DNA of 64,000 bases from Squalus acanthias. Its lineage: Eukaryota. The position numbers and the translations under genes are program-made. The stretch's first letter is position 1. Every line of letters begins with the position of its first letter. The notes below the pieces were generated by a model. It saw nothing but the letters and a program-made list of their open reading frames with translations. It ran no database searches and was not told the DNA's origin. Where the stretch lies: positions 18,044,001-18,108,000 of the forward strand of contig CM059433.1 of the NCBI GenBank assembly GCA_030390025.1, in the 5' to 3' direction. Of the stretch, positions 37,721 through 47,912 are shown piece by piece.

Positions 37721-38578
37721 TTTAAAAATTTGATTTATATTTTGCGTATTATGCAAATTGGTCCTGAGCAACAAAATCACAAGTTATGTAGATTATTTAT
37801 AACAATGAAATATGAATTGGTATTCCACAACTCTCATATTAGGTCATATTTTACCACAAATGACTTTAAGTAAATATTTTACATGACGGAATCAGACATG
37901 GTTTCTGCTTGCAGTCTCTGTTTTCCTGAGGTCTGCTACACAATCGATTTTTTCTCAATTCAAATTTTAGCTGGTGTGCATTCTCTCAGCAGCAACCGTG
38001 ACTGATTCTGTCATGTGAAATATTTATTCTAAGTACCGCGAACTCAACTGATAAAATGTCAACTCAAAGACAAACCCCAGCTCTTGCATGAATTCTAATA
38101 ATGTGCCAGCGAATATCATTTTATATTTCACTCACATAACCCCTCATCCATGGTGTGGATACAGTCACGCCCCAAGTCTGAAGAAAGTGTAACAAAATGT
38201 GTGGTAACAGAAGCATATCACGTATCCCTCAGTTATATATTGATTGTGATTTTACTGAGGTCTACTCTGCCCCCAGCTGTTTCCAATGACAGTAATGCTG
38301 ACAGAAAAACCTCAATGCAAATTCAAGAGAAAAAGCTGTGTCATAAAGACGGCGGCGCACCGTGATGCATTTCATTCCATTTTTGACCTGGTTCTGAGGC
38401 CGACTGGTGCCATTGCTGTTTAAAACAGTCCGTTCAGCACCGTCAATTTGAGACAGCATGACATGTCAGGAGGCTAATCACATTGTGCAAAATGCCTTTT
38501 GTGACCTTTATTTTAACTGGGGGAATTCATGGTTAAACGGATTCTGTTTATTTGCATTTTATATCATTTAAACATAAT

Positions 38579-39297
38579 GGGATAGAATTTCTGCTTCGGG
38601 CGCAATCGATGAACTGGGCGCAAATTGCGCACGTTTTAAGAAGTTTCTGCTGAAACGCATTGGCATATCGCCATGTAAAATCTGCCATGAACCAGCGCAA
38701 TCGGGCAGTGTTTTACAACGCAATTCTATTTTTAAATGTTGCTTCAAAAAATATTCCTTGATATATTTAAGAGTGGTAACCTGGAGCAGTTTGATTAATA
38801 CTTCTGGAAATAGGTTTATCCCCAAAAAATAAGCATTTTGAATCAGAGTGTCTCGCCCATCACTTGTGAGTAACCTGCTTTGAAATGACTGAAAATGTCG
38901 TTAAAAAAAATACACAGAACCGTTTGCTAGTTATATTGGGGGTACACTAGTCAGTCTCTTGGTAAATTAAAAAAAATATTCAATAGCTTTTAAAATATGT
39001 CAATGAGTGCCCTAGCATCCAAAAGAACCAGCTTAATTTTTAAGAGCCTCCTCGAAGGCCTGCAAGCGAGTGGAAACTCCCAATGGTGATTAGTTCGATC
39101 TGGGGGGTTGGCCAGTTTCGTGGGCGGGGCTGACTTCTAGCGGGGCATGTTTCTTAAACTAGCGCAAAAGATCGCGGAATCTCGATTTGCGCTGAATGCA
39201 ATTTGGCTTGAAATTTCACAATCTCTTGCGCCGGTTTGGCTGATTTCGAGCGAATGGCACGGAAAAGAACAGTGCAACCTCGCGGAAACTCCAGGCC
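38579..39297. mobile_element. Older Harbinger-like MITE
   Basis: GGGATAGAATTTCTGC...GCGGAAACTCCAGGCC; AAT/AAC flanks; GC-rich ends with an AT-rich core. Confidence 0.6.
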
Positions 39298-39505
39298 AAC
39301 ATTCTTTCACAAATGAGTTTTGCAGTTTATCAGGATTCAACTTTATCAGCACATGGCACAGGGCGTTACGCTGGGGATTTTTCTGTCATCTCAGCTTTTC
39401 TTGCCCTTGTGCTGGTGTAATTTCTCTTCTAATCCACCAGCTTGGAACCTCGTCAGAAGCAAATATCATTTTTTTTTGCGGTGCCAATAGCAGGTGCTTG
39501 ACCTG

Positions 39506-40565
39506 CGTGACGCGGGCTGCACGTTTTGCTGTGCGTGCGTGGCGTCTGAGTCATCGTCATGTGATTCGTCATGTGAGTGAGACACGTGACGTCATTGCCT
39601 CGCTACCCATAGTCCAATGGCAAAGCCGAGAATGCTTGAGATTGGCCGAACATGCCGAGTGAAGGTGAAGGTACAGAGACCTGCACAGAGACTTATGGGT
39701 CATAGGTGTAAAGACACTACTTCCGATAGCAGAACACTCCTACAGCCTCGATATTCAGCTGAGCAAGACACTCGTGCACTTGTCGACGTGAAGTAACGTC
39801 AGCAGTATTATTCTGACAGGAATGCTAAACCACTTCAAGAAACACACCCTGGTGATAGAGTGTGGATGAAACTCCCTGACCAGAGTACTCGAAGTGCTGG
39901 TGCATGCACAAGTGTGGTGCCTCCTAGAAACCACCATATGCGAGGCAGAGACTCATCATGCCACAGGAATCGCCATCAGTTGATTTATGCTGATGAGCCA
40001 CCTGTAAGCAAAACTCCTGAGATTGAGGACTTTTCTGAGACGCAGGCCCTCGGCAGTCCTTCGAACTGGCCACAGTCCCCAGAGCAAGTAAGAACAACTA
40101 CAACACTCGAAACTCCTGGTAGTCAGACACCAATCACCGATCGCACATCTGGACGACAGCGCCAACCTCCATCTCGACTGAAGGACAATTTGTTTTTACA
40201 GTGCCTGCTTGTGATTGATTGTGTGTCTTGTTTCGGTCAAATTTCAGAGTTCCTCTACGCGTGTGCGTTTTTTTTTTGAACTCTGAAATAGTTAGATAGT
40301 ATATCTTTTTCTTTTGAGGGGAAAGATGTGACACGGGGCGCACGTTTGCTGTACGTGCGTGGCGTCTGAGTCATCATCACGTGATTCGCCAAGTGATTCC
40401 CTTGTTTTTCCCCCCCCTCCTGTAAGTGTGTGATGCAATGAAGCAGCAGACTCCTAGAGCTCCTACAACTCCTGTAAGTCCACTTACATTATATGTTTAA
40501 TAAATCGTTGATACTCTTTCGAACAACTCACGGCTATGCCTACTATTTAAAGAGGTATCGACACA
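39506..40565 (+). mobile_element. Internally deleted Gypsy-like LTR retrotransposon
   Basis: ACCTG duplicated at 39501-39505 and 40566-40570; partial 5' LTR from 39506 matches the 3' LTR 40327-40565 (TGTG...CACA, AATAAA); polypurine tract GAGGGGAAAGA 40316-40326; integrase PRYP*SNGKAE at 39598 and C-terminal RTSGRQRQPPSRLKD. Confidence 0.88.
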
Positions 40566-41110
40566 ACCTGCTTCCAGGCACTTTCCTTTGCAGAACTGTT
40601 CACTGGAGTGCAAGAGTGCATGGATATCTGTACCACTAATATTCCCTCTCCCTTGAAAACTAGCACCTGGACAAAAGTCAAATCTGCAACCAGACTCACT
40701 CAACACCCTGTCAATGCACTTGTCAAAGAATCAGCAAAGTACAGCGCAACTTTTTGTGAATTCTTAAACACAATTTTGAATTAAGGAGGTGACAATTTGC
40801 TAATTTGTTGGTGTACCCTGATGACAGTTCGACTAATGCATCGGTGTGAGGGGAATTTCAAGTCGATCTAAACTGCGTCAATCTTCTGCTTTTGTCACTT
40901 TCCACTGTATCCACATCATCACAATAAGTTCAACAATATTCTTGTTGGAAACATTCATGTTAATAGCCTTTATTGAAGAATTTAGAAAACCATTGACAAA
41001 ATAAGATCAAATGGAAGAAAGAGTTGTAAAGTCGGGAAGTAAAAAGGGGAAGATTTCTTGTGCTTGTTATTTATGGAAAATTGTATATGTGAAAATAAAA
41101 ATTTTGCTAT

Positions 41111-41562
41111 GGGGTAGAGATTGGTCCAAACAGAAAACCGGGGCAAAGAGGACCGATGTAGGGGTGCAATGTTCTATGCCTAATCAGCTGCGCCATATTG
41201 ATTAAGGCAGCTTTGCAGATGTTCCAGCTGGCCACCCAAAACCAGCGTTAGGCCCCTTACATATGTAAATGAGGGGTTCTACACATGTTTCCGGTCCCCT
41301 CACCAAAACTGGTTGGCTATCAGCAGCCCAGGTGCCGGGCCTGCTCCGCGAGGATTCTTCAGCGGCCCCATGTGGCTGCAACAAACTGTCAGTTCATTTT
41401 GTAAAATAAATCAGAAGTCGTTGTTGTGGAGCCTGGAGGAGTAGGAGTGCTCCCCGACTCCACAGCACTCGCAATCTGCCCCTCCGCCCATTGACACTCC
41501 ACCCCACTCCGAGGTTGGGCCATAACCAAACTCCACGCCCAAATATTGGAAACCTTCCTCCC
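41111..41562. mobile_element. Degenerate Harbinger-like MITE
   Basis: Starts GGGGTAGAGATTGG, the same TIR type as the full-length element; right end weak. Confidence 0.5.
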
Positions 41563-41584
41563 AAGTCTAGCAATGTCAAGTAAT

Positions 41585-41882
41585 AACCAGGGGGCATAGA
41601 TTTAAAGTAATTGGTAGAAGGATTAGAGGGGATTTGAGGAGACATTTTTTCACCCAGAGTGGGGTGGGGGTCTGGAACTCACTACCTGAAAGGGTGATAG
41701 AGGCAGAAACCCTCATCACATTTAAAAAGTACATGGAAATGCACTTGAAGTGCCGCAACCTACAAGGCTACGGACCAAGAGCTGGAAAGTGGGATTAGGC
41801 TGGAGAGCTCTTTTTTGGGCCGGGACAGACATGATGGGTCGAATGGCCTCCTTCTGTGCTGTAAATTTCGATGGTTCTATGT
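41585..41882 (+). mobile_element. CR1 3' end
   Basis: FFTQ..VGVWNSLP and 3' UTR ...gaatggcctccttctgtgctgtaaat. Confidence 0.8.
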
Positions 41883-42589
41883 TGATTACAATATCCCCAT
41901 GACACCTTTAATAGGAAATTTAATACCTAAAGATGAAAAATATTAAAGCGTACGGGGAAAGAGTGGGGAATGGGATTAGAGTAGCTGGGGCTAAAAATCC
42001 ATATATGATGCATCCACCGCAAACCTCCGCTGCTGAAACCAGCAGACTTTCTGGTTCAGGTTTGCAACTGGGGCACCTGCCCAACAAAAGAGGCTACAAA
42101 CTGTGGCGCAGGTTGCCATTTCTGGGGGATGGTTTGTAAGGATCACCCAATGGAGAGCAGTGCCATCTCAGATCAGAAGCTTTTCCTCATCTTCAATATC
42201 CAGGCCACAACCCAGGCCTGGACCAACAGTTGGGACCTGCATCCACCATTCAGCAGCTCCCAAGAATCTGCCCACTTACTGAGAGGCTGAAGTTGCAGGA
42301 CGTCTTGGCGTTGGGAATCCCTACCCCCCAACCCCACCCCTCCTATATCAATCATCTTTTTGGACAGGCAGAGGCTCTGCCTCCAACAATGACCAGAGGA
42401 AACTCCAAGTTATGGTCGGGACCCCGTATATTCAGGTCCTGTCCTAATTTCCACCACAAACCCACTGAAGTTATAGTGGGAGTGCATCGGTAGGGAAGAA
42501 AGGCAAAAATGATATCTGAAATCATGGAGGAGACACCATTACCTCATATTTTATATTCACACACATAGGAAAGTATCTGCTACAACATT

Positions 42590-42922
42590 GGTCATGTAGT
42601 TCAAATCCCACCACGGCAGCTGGGGAATTTAAATTCAGTTAATAAATAAATCTGGAATAAAAAGCTAGTATCAGTAATGGTAACCATGAAACTATCGGAT
42701 TGTCGTAAAAACCCATCTGGTTCACTAATGTCCTTTAGGGAAGGAAATCTGCTGTCCTTACCCGGTCGGGCCTATATGTGACTCCAGACACACAGCAATG
42801 TGGTTGACTTTTAACTGCCCTCTGAAATGGCCTAGCAAGCCACTCCGTTAAGGAAAATTAGGGATGAGCAATAAATGCTGGCATTGCCAACGATGCCCAC
42901 ATCCCTTGAATGAATAAAAAAA
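42590..42922 (+). mobile_element. SINE (MetaSINE/SlmI-like core) sharing its 3' tail with LINE family B
   Basis: B-box-like GTTCAAATCC; core ggttcactaatgtcctttagggaaggaaatctgc...gtgactccag; tail aattagggatgagcaataaatgctggcattgccaacgatgcccacatccc. The family name is from memory. Confidence 0.7.
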
Positions 42923-42924
42923 TA

Positions 42925-43610
42925 TATAACTGAAATCGCTCATCCCTGGTATTAGTACAGCAAGTCTCTTCTGCACCCTCGCCAAGGCCTTGACATCCTT
43001 CCAAAAGTATGGTGCCCAAAATTGAACAACTCAATACTCCAGCTGAGGCCTAACCAGTGTTTTATAAAAGTTTAGCATAACTTCCTTGCTTTTGTACTCT
43101 ATTCCTCTATTAAGAAAGACAAGGATCCCGTGTGCTTTTTTAACAGCCTTTTCAACTTTTCCTGCCACCTTCAGAGGTTTGTGTACGCACACCCCCAGGT
43201 CTCTCTGTTCCTGCACCCCCTTTAAAATTGTACCATTTAGTTCATATTGCCTCTCCTCAATCTTTCGACCGAAATGTATCATTTCACACTTCTCTATATT
43301 AAATTTCACCTGCCATGTGTCTGCCCATTTCACCAGTCTGTCTATGTCCTCCTGAAGTCTGTTACTATCTTCCTCATTGTTTACTACATTTTTTGAATTT
43401 TGTATCATCTGCAAACTTTGAAATGCTGCCCTGTATATCCAAGTCCAGGTCATTAATATATATCAAAAAGAGCAGTGGTCCTAATACTGACCCCTGAGGG
43501 AAACCACTGTATATTTCCCTCCCGTCTGAAAAACAACCGTTCACCACTACTCTCTGCTTCATGTCCCTTAGGCAATTTTGTATCCACTGTCCCTTTAATC
43601 CCTTGGGCTT
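42925..43610 (-). mobile_element. CR1 RT fragment
   Basis: ORFs 43031-43453 and 43374-43562 (PQGSVLGP, FADDTK). Confidence 0.85.
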
Positions 43611-43714
43611 TAATACATCAAAAAAAGTGTTGGATTTTTTAAATCCTACTAAAGAATGTATCTGGGGTCAGGGTTCACATCCAACCCAGATTGATCGGGT
43701 GGAAGCCTCTTCTT

Positions 43715-43968
43715 TAGGTTTAGAGGGGATTTGAGGAGAATTTTTTTCACCCAGAGGGTGGTGAGGGTCTGGGACTCACTGCCTGAAAGGATGGTAGAGG
43801 CACCCTCATCACATTTAAAAAGTACTTAGAAGTGCCCTAACCTACAAGACTACGGACCAAGTGCTGGAAAGTGGGATTAGGATGGATAGCTCTTTGTCGG
43901 CCGTCACGGACAAGATGGGCCGAATGGCGGCCTCCTGTGCTGTAAATTTCTATGATTCTATGATTCTA
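43715..43968 (+). mobile_element. CR1 3' end
   Basis: Same family as 41585-41882; tail tctatgattctatgattcta. Confidence 0.8.
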
Positions 43969-44837
43969 CGCTGTAAAGGACCTACATGAGATGAGGTTGG
44001 ACAGTCTTAATCCTGTTCACAGTGGGCATGGGCCCCGTGCACAAAACCACCACTAATTTGACAGTCAAGTACAGAAACCAGAAGAATTACTGGCATAGGA
44101 AATTGAAAAATATCATACTGGCGCAGTACAGGTGCTGTCCTGAGATTTGGACTGAAACACATTATTGGAGCAGAATTGAAGGATTTCTACACTGTAACGA
44201 ACTGTCATGTGCCTCATCTGAAATGCTCGGTGCTGACACGAGTTAAAAAAAAAGGAAATTGTTCCATTCCTAGCACCAACCTCTCTCAGCCTGATGAGCA
44301 AAAAAAAAGTCATTAAATCCTTAGGGGTAAAAATTCAGTTGGTTGCGCCTCCCGTTAGCGCCTTAAATGGGCGCTAATGGGGCGTTAAGGCGCTAACGCC
44401 CGGGCGCAGCGCTGTTTGCGCCGCTCGAGAACTTAACTTGAGATTGTGCGGCGGCGCTAAAACTTACCGCTGCGACCACCTGCGCGCGCAGATTGTGACG
44501 TCAGTCCGTGGTGCAACGCCCTTGGGGCGCCCCGGAGCAGAAATTGAGTGGCGCCCCCTGCCTTACCGCCTGGCGCTTCCAACGACCGGAAGACTGGAAC
44601 GTTATCAATCGGTCTGGGGCTGGGGGGGGGGCGCTATTTAAAGGGGGCCTCTTCCTGTCTTTTTCTGTGGTCGACATTTATGCACCACTCGTTCTGAGAG
44701 AGAGAGAGAGATTCGGAGAGAGAGAGAGAGAGACTTCTACATTGACTCAACGCTTTGTGAGGTAGTTTTGCCTAGTTCATCCTAACTTTGCTGCTACTTT
44801 CGTTGCTGTACCTCATTACTTTTCTGGCAAAGAGAAG

Positions 44838-45998
44838 ATGGGGGCTGCAATGATTGGGGGCGTCGTCCTGCTCCAGCTCAATCGGAGCAGAGTGAGACGC
44901 AGACAGAGAGTGGCAATGATGGCCAGACGGAGGAGGCCCATCAGGCGCATGTACAGGAGAGCTTACCCTCCCAGGGTATATCGTGAACAGCTCTCCTACA
45001 TCCACATGTCCGAGGAGCTGTGTTTGCGAAGGCTGCGATTCAGCAAGGAGGTGGTCACTGAGCTCTGCCACCTGCTGCAGCCAGATCTGCAGCCTCAGCT
45101 GAGGTCCAGGACGTCTCTGTCGGTGGCAGTGAAGGTCACAGTGGCCTTGAACTTCTACGCCACTGGCTCATTCCAAGCTGCTGTTGGGGACCTCGCCAAT
45201 ATCTCCCAGTTTGCGGTGCATCGCTGCATCCGGCAGGTCACCAATGCCCTCTTCACAAGGAGACGAGACTTCATCTCCTTCCCTATGACCCCAGACAAGC
45301 AGCATGACCGTGCTATGGGCTTTGCGAGGGTAGCGGGCTTCCCCATGGTGCAGGGCGCCATTGACTGCACGCATGTGGCTTTGCGTGCTCCGCGAGAGAA
45401 TGCAGAGGAGTTCCGGAACAGAAAGGGGTTCCATTCCTTGAATGTGCAGTTGGTCTGTGACCACAGACAGGTGATTCTCGCTGTCAATGCCCACTATCCG
45501 GGCAGCTGCCACGATGCTTTCATCCTGCGCCAGAGTACTGTGGCAGAAATTTTCGAGGCACCGCATCAGCCAGTTGGTTGGCTTCTGGGGGACAAGGGGT
45601 ACGCATTGAGCACCTGGCTGATGACACCGCTCCGTGCGCCAAACACCCCTGCTGAGCTGCGGTACCAGGAAAGCCAACAAGCAACGAGGAACATTATTGA
45701 GCGCACAATCGGCGTGCTCAAACAACGATTCCGCTGTCTGGACCATTCCGGAGGAGCCCTGCAGTACTCGCCTGAGCAAGTTTCCAAATTCGTAGTGGTG
45801 TGCTGCATGTTGCACAACATGGCAATCCTCAGGACGCAGCCAATGCCACCAGGCCTTGCAGCACCACAAGAGGAGGAGGAGGAAGAGGAGGAACAGGCCG
45901 AGGACGATGATCAGCAGCAGCACCAAGGCAGGAGGGCGGCCCACAATGGTCAAACTGCAAGGGCCGTCTGTCAACGACTAATAGCAAGCCGCTTCTAG
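44838..45998 (+). CDS. Harbinger DDE transposase (HARBI1-like family), uninterrupted 386-aa ORF
   Basis: Motifs LRRLRFSK, VALNFYATGSFQ (HTH), GAIDCTHV, FRNRKGFHSLNVQLVCD, YPGSCHDAFIL, LLGDKGY, RNIIERTIGVLKQRFRCL, CCMLHN; TATTTAAA at 44635-44642; AATAAA at 46160-46165. Confidence 0.95.
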   Translation: MGAAMIGGVVLLQLNRSRVRRRQRVAMMARRRRPIRRMYRRAYPPRVYREQLSYIHMSEELCLRRLRFSKEVVTELCHLLQPDLQPQLRSRTSLSVAVKVTVALNFYATGSFQAAVGDLANISQFAVHRCIRQVTNALFTRRRDFISFPMTPDKQHDRAMGFARVAGFPMVQGAIDCTHVALRAPRENAEEFRNRKGFHSLNVQLVCDHRQVILAVNAHYPGSCHDAFILRQSTVAEIFEAPHQPVGWLLGDKGYALSTWLMTPLRAPNTPAELRYQESQQATRNIIERTIGVLKQRFRCLDHSGGALQYSPEQVSKFVVVCCMLHNMAILRTQPMPPGLAAPQEEEEEEEEQAEDDDQQQHQGRRAAHNGQTARAVCQRLIASRF

Positions 45999-47039
45999 GG
46001 CCCCTGCCAGTGCTACAAACACGAATCAACCCAGCACGCAACCCCTAAGCTGGCCAAGGCACCAATAATTCCAACCACCAGCCATGTATATTTTGAATAC
46101 AGAAACCTATTTATTGTACAAACTCTGTGTGTGTCAATTCCTCATGACAAACTCATAGAAATAAACACAAAAAAACAGTCAATAACATAACTGGTTCTCA
46201 CAACCTGGAGATAATGTCCAAAACACTAAACAAAAGTTGGGCCATGAACCTCGGCCTTTAATAAAAAAATGACCAGCATTTTGGCACACCTCCTACTTTT
46301 TGCCCTTCGAGGGTGATCTCCTTCCCTTGCGCACTTCCCCCCTTCTAACCCTACTGCTCCTCCGTAATGGGACCTCAGTGGCTGCAGCAAGGCTGGTGGA
46401 AGGCTGCTGCTTGTCAGACCCTGACACTGCAGATGCCCCTGAAGGACGGCCTCGACCACTTCTGGGCCTGGAGGGCCCGGCTGCAGACTGCACCAACTCT
46501 GCATGGGCGGCAGCAGTCTGTCCTACAGGCGGTGGCAAGTGCAGTGGAGAAGTGACAGTGTTGGCAGCAGGAATGCTGTCATCGTGAGAGAGGACAGCAA
46601 CTCCCTGCTCGCCCGACACACTGGCACTCCCACGGGGCAGCACTTCAGCATCCGGAGCAATTTGCCTGAGAACAGATTGCTGGCCTGCTGCGGCGCGGTG
46701 ACAGCCCCGGGGACATGTGCACGAACCATCGAGGATGGCAGCAGTCAGTGCTCGCGTGGCCTCAATCTGAGTCTGCATGAGAGCAGGCTCAGATGGGTTC
46801 CTGGCAGCCAGTGACTGAATTGCAGCAGTAAGCTTTAGTGTGGCATCCGCCTGTGCTACAGCGAAGTGCTCCACACTCCTTGCCAGTGCCTCAATGCATT
46901 CGGGCACCCTTCCCACTGCACCCATGAGCTCAGTGTGCATGACCACCGCCTGGCTGTTCATTTCTGCAATCAGCCGCTCCTCCTCTGCGTCCATTGCATT
47001 AGGAGTGTCTGGCATACTCTCCCTCTGGGGAGAAGGCTC

Positions 47040-47302
47040 CCGTTCTTCCCTCCCCCCCCCCATGGCGTTGCTGCAGCCCGCTGGGTCCTGGAACTTCACC
47101 ATCATCAGCCCCTTCCCCCCTGCTCCCCCGTTCTTCCCTCCCCCCCCCATGGCGTTGCTGCAGCCCGCTGGGTCCTGGAACTTCACCATCATCAGCCCCT
47201 TCCCCCCTGCTCCCCCGTTCTTCCCTCCCTCCCCCATGGCGTTGCTGCAGCCCGCTGGGTCCTGGAACTTCACCATCATCAGCCCCTTCCCCCCTGCTCC
47301 CC
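47040..47302 (-). repeat. 87-bp tandem repeat, 3 copies (29-aa unit GSRGEGADDGEVPGPSGLQQRHGGGREER), in Myb gene exon 3
   Basis: catggcgttgctgcagcccgctggg recurs at 47061, 47148 and 47235. Confidence 0.95.
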
Positions 47303-47800
47303 TCCGGGGAAGGCGTGTTCCCAGTGTGGCCATGGGCTTCCTCGGGAGAGTGTGGCACTGATGCTCCGGCTTCCTCTTCCTCCTCAGCTGCAGCATCACT
47401 CCCAGTGGCAGCTTCAGGGACCATCTCCTCAGCTGGTGAATCACCATCTGAAAGCAGGGAGGTACAAGAGTGGCTTTAGCGTGAGGACAGGGTGGCAGTA
47501 AGGGAGGAATAAGTGCAGCGAGTTAGCAAGTTGGATTGAAAGTGTCAAAGGCTGGTATTGTGAGGGACAAGTGGAAGGACAGAGGACAAAAAGGTGATGA
47601 CCTTACCATTGCTGTCCACAACGGGGTCGGCGTCTCCAGTGGCGACGGGACCGATCACCCGGCTTGCCACAATCCTGTGGACGCGCTCCTCCAGATCGCT
47701 GAGGGGTTGCAGCTGAAGCCGCCCTCCACCCGTCCGTTGCTGCTGTCTCCGATTATGAGCCAGCTTAGCCTGCAAGAAAAAGGACAGCATCTGAGTCAAT

Positions 47801-47912
47801 ATACAGCCATGGTCTTGCCTGATGTGCCTCCCATAGGTGAATAGCCCTTACTGTATGCAGCCATGGTCTTGCCTGATGTGCCTCCCATAGGTGAATAGCC
47901 CTTACTGTATGC
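47801..47912. repeat. 54-bp tandem duplication in intron 1 of the Myb gene
   Basis: cagccatggtcttgcctgatgtgcctcccataggtgaatagcccttactgtatg starts at 47804 and again at 47858. Confidence 0.95.

Noticed and set aside
45168..45974. 268-aa antisense ORF within the transposase
   Set aside because: No recognisable motifs; explained as the shadow frame of a GC-rich coding sequence.
44838..45998. Domesticated host gene HARBI1
   Set aside because: The ORF sits inside TIRs with a target duplication, next to a Myb partner, and has related non-autonomous copies; it is a transposon gene.
47040..47302. CRISPR-like array
   Set aside because: Contiguous tandem units without unique spacers, in eukaryotic coding context.
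46293..47447. The 384-aa ORF as a standalone protein
   Set aside because: Its ATG lies immediately after a splice acceptor and its N-terminal part is in the wrong frame relative to exon 2; it is open only because of the extra base in the C run.
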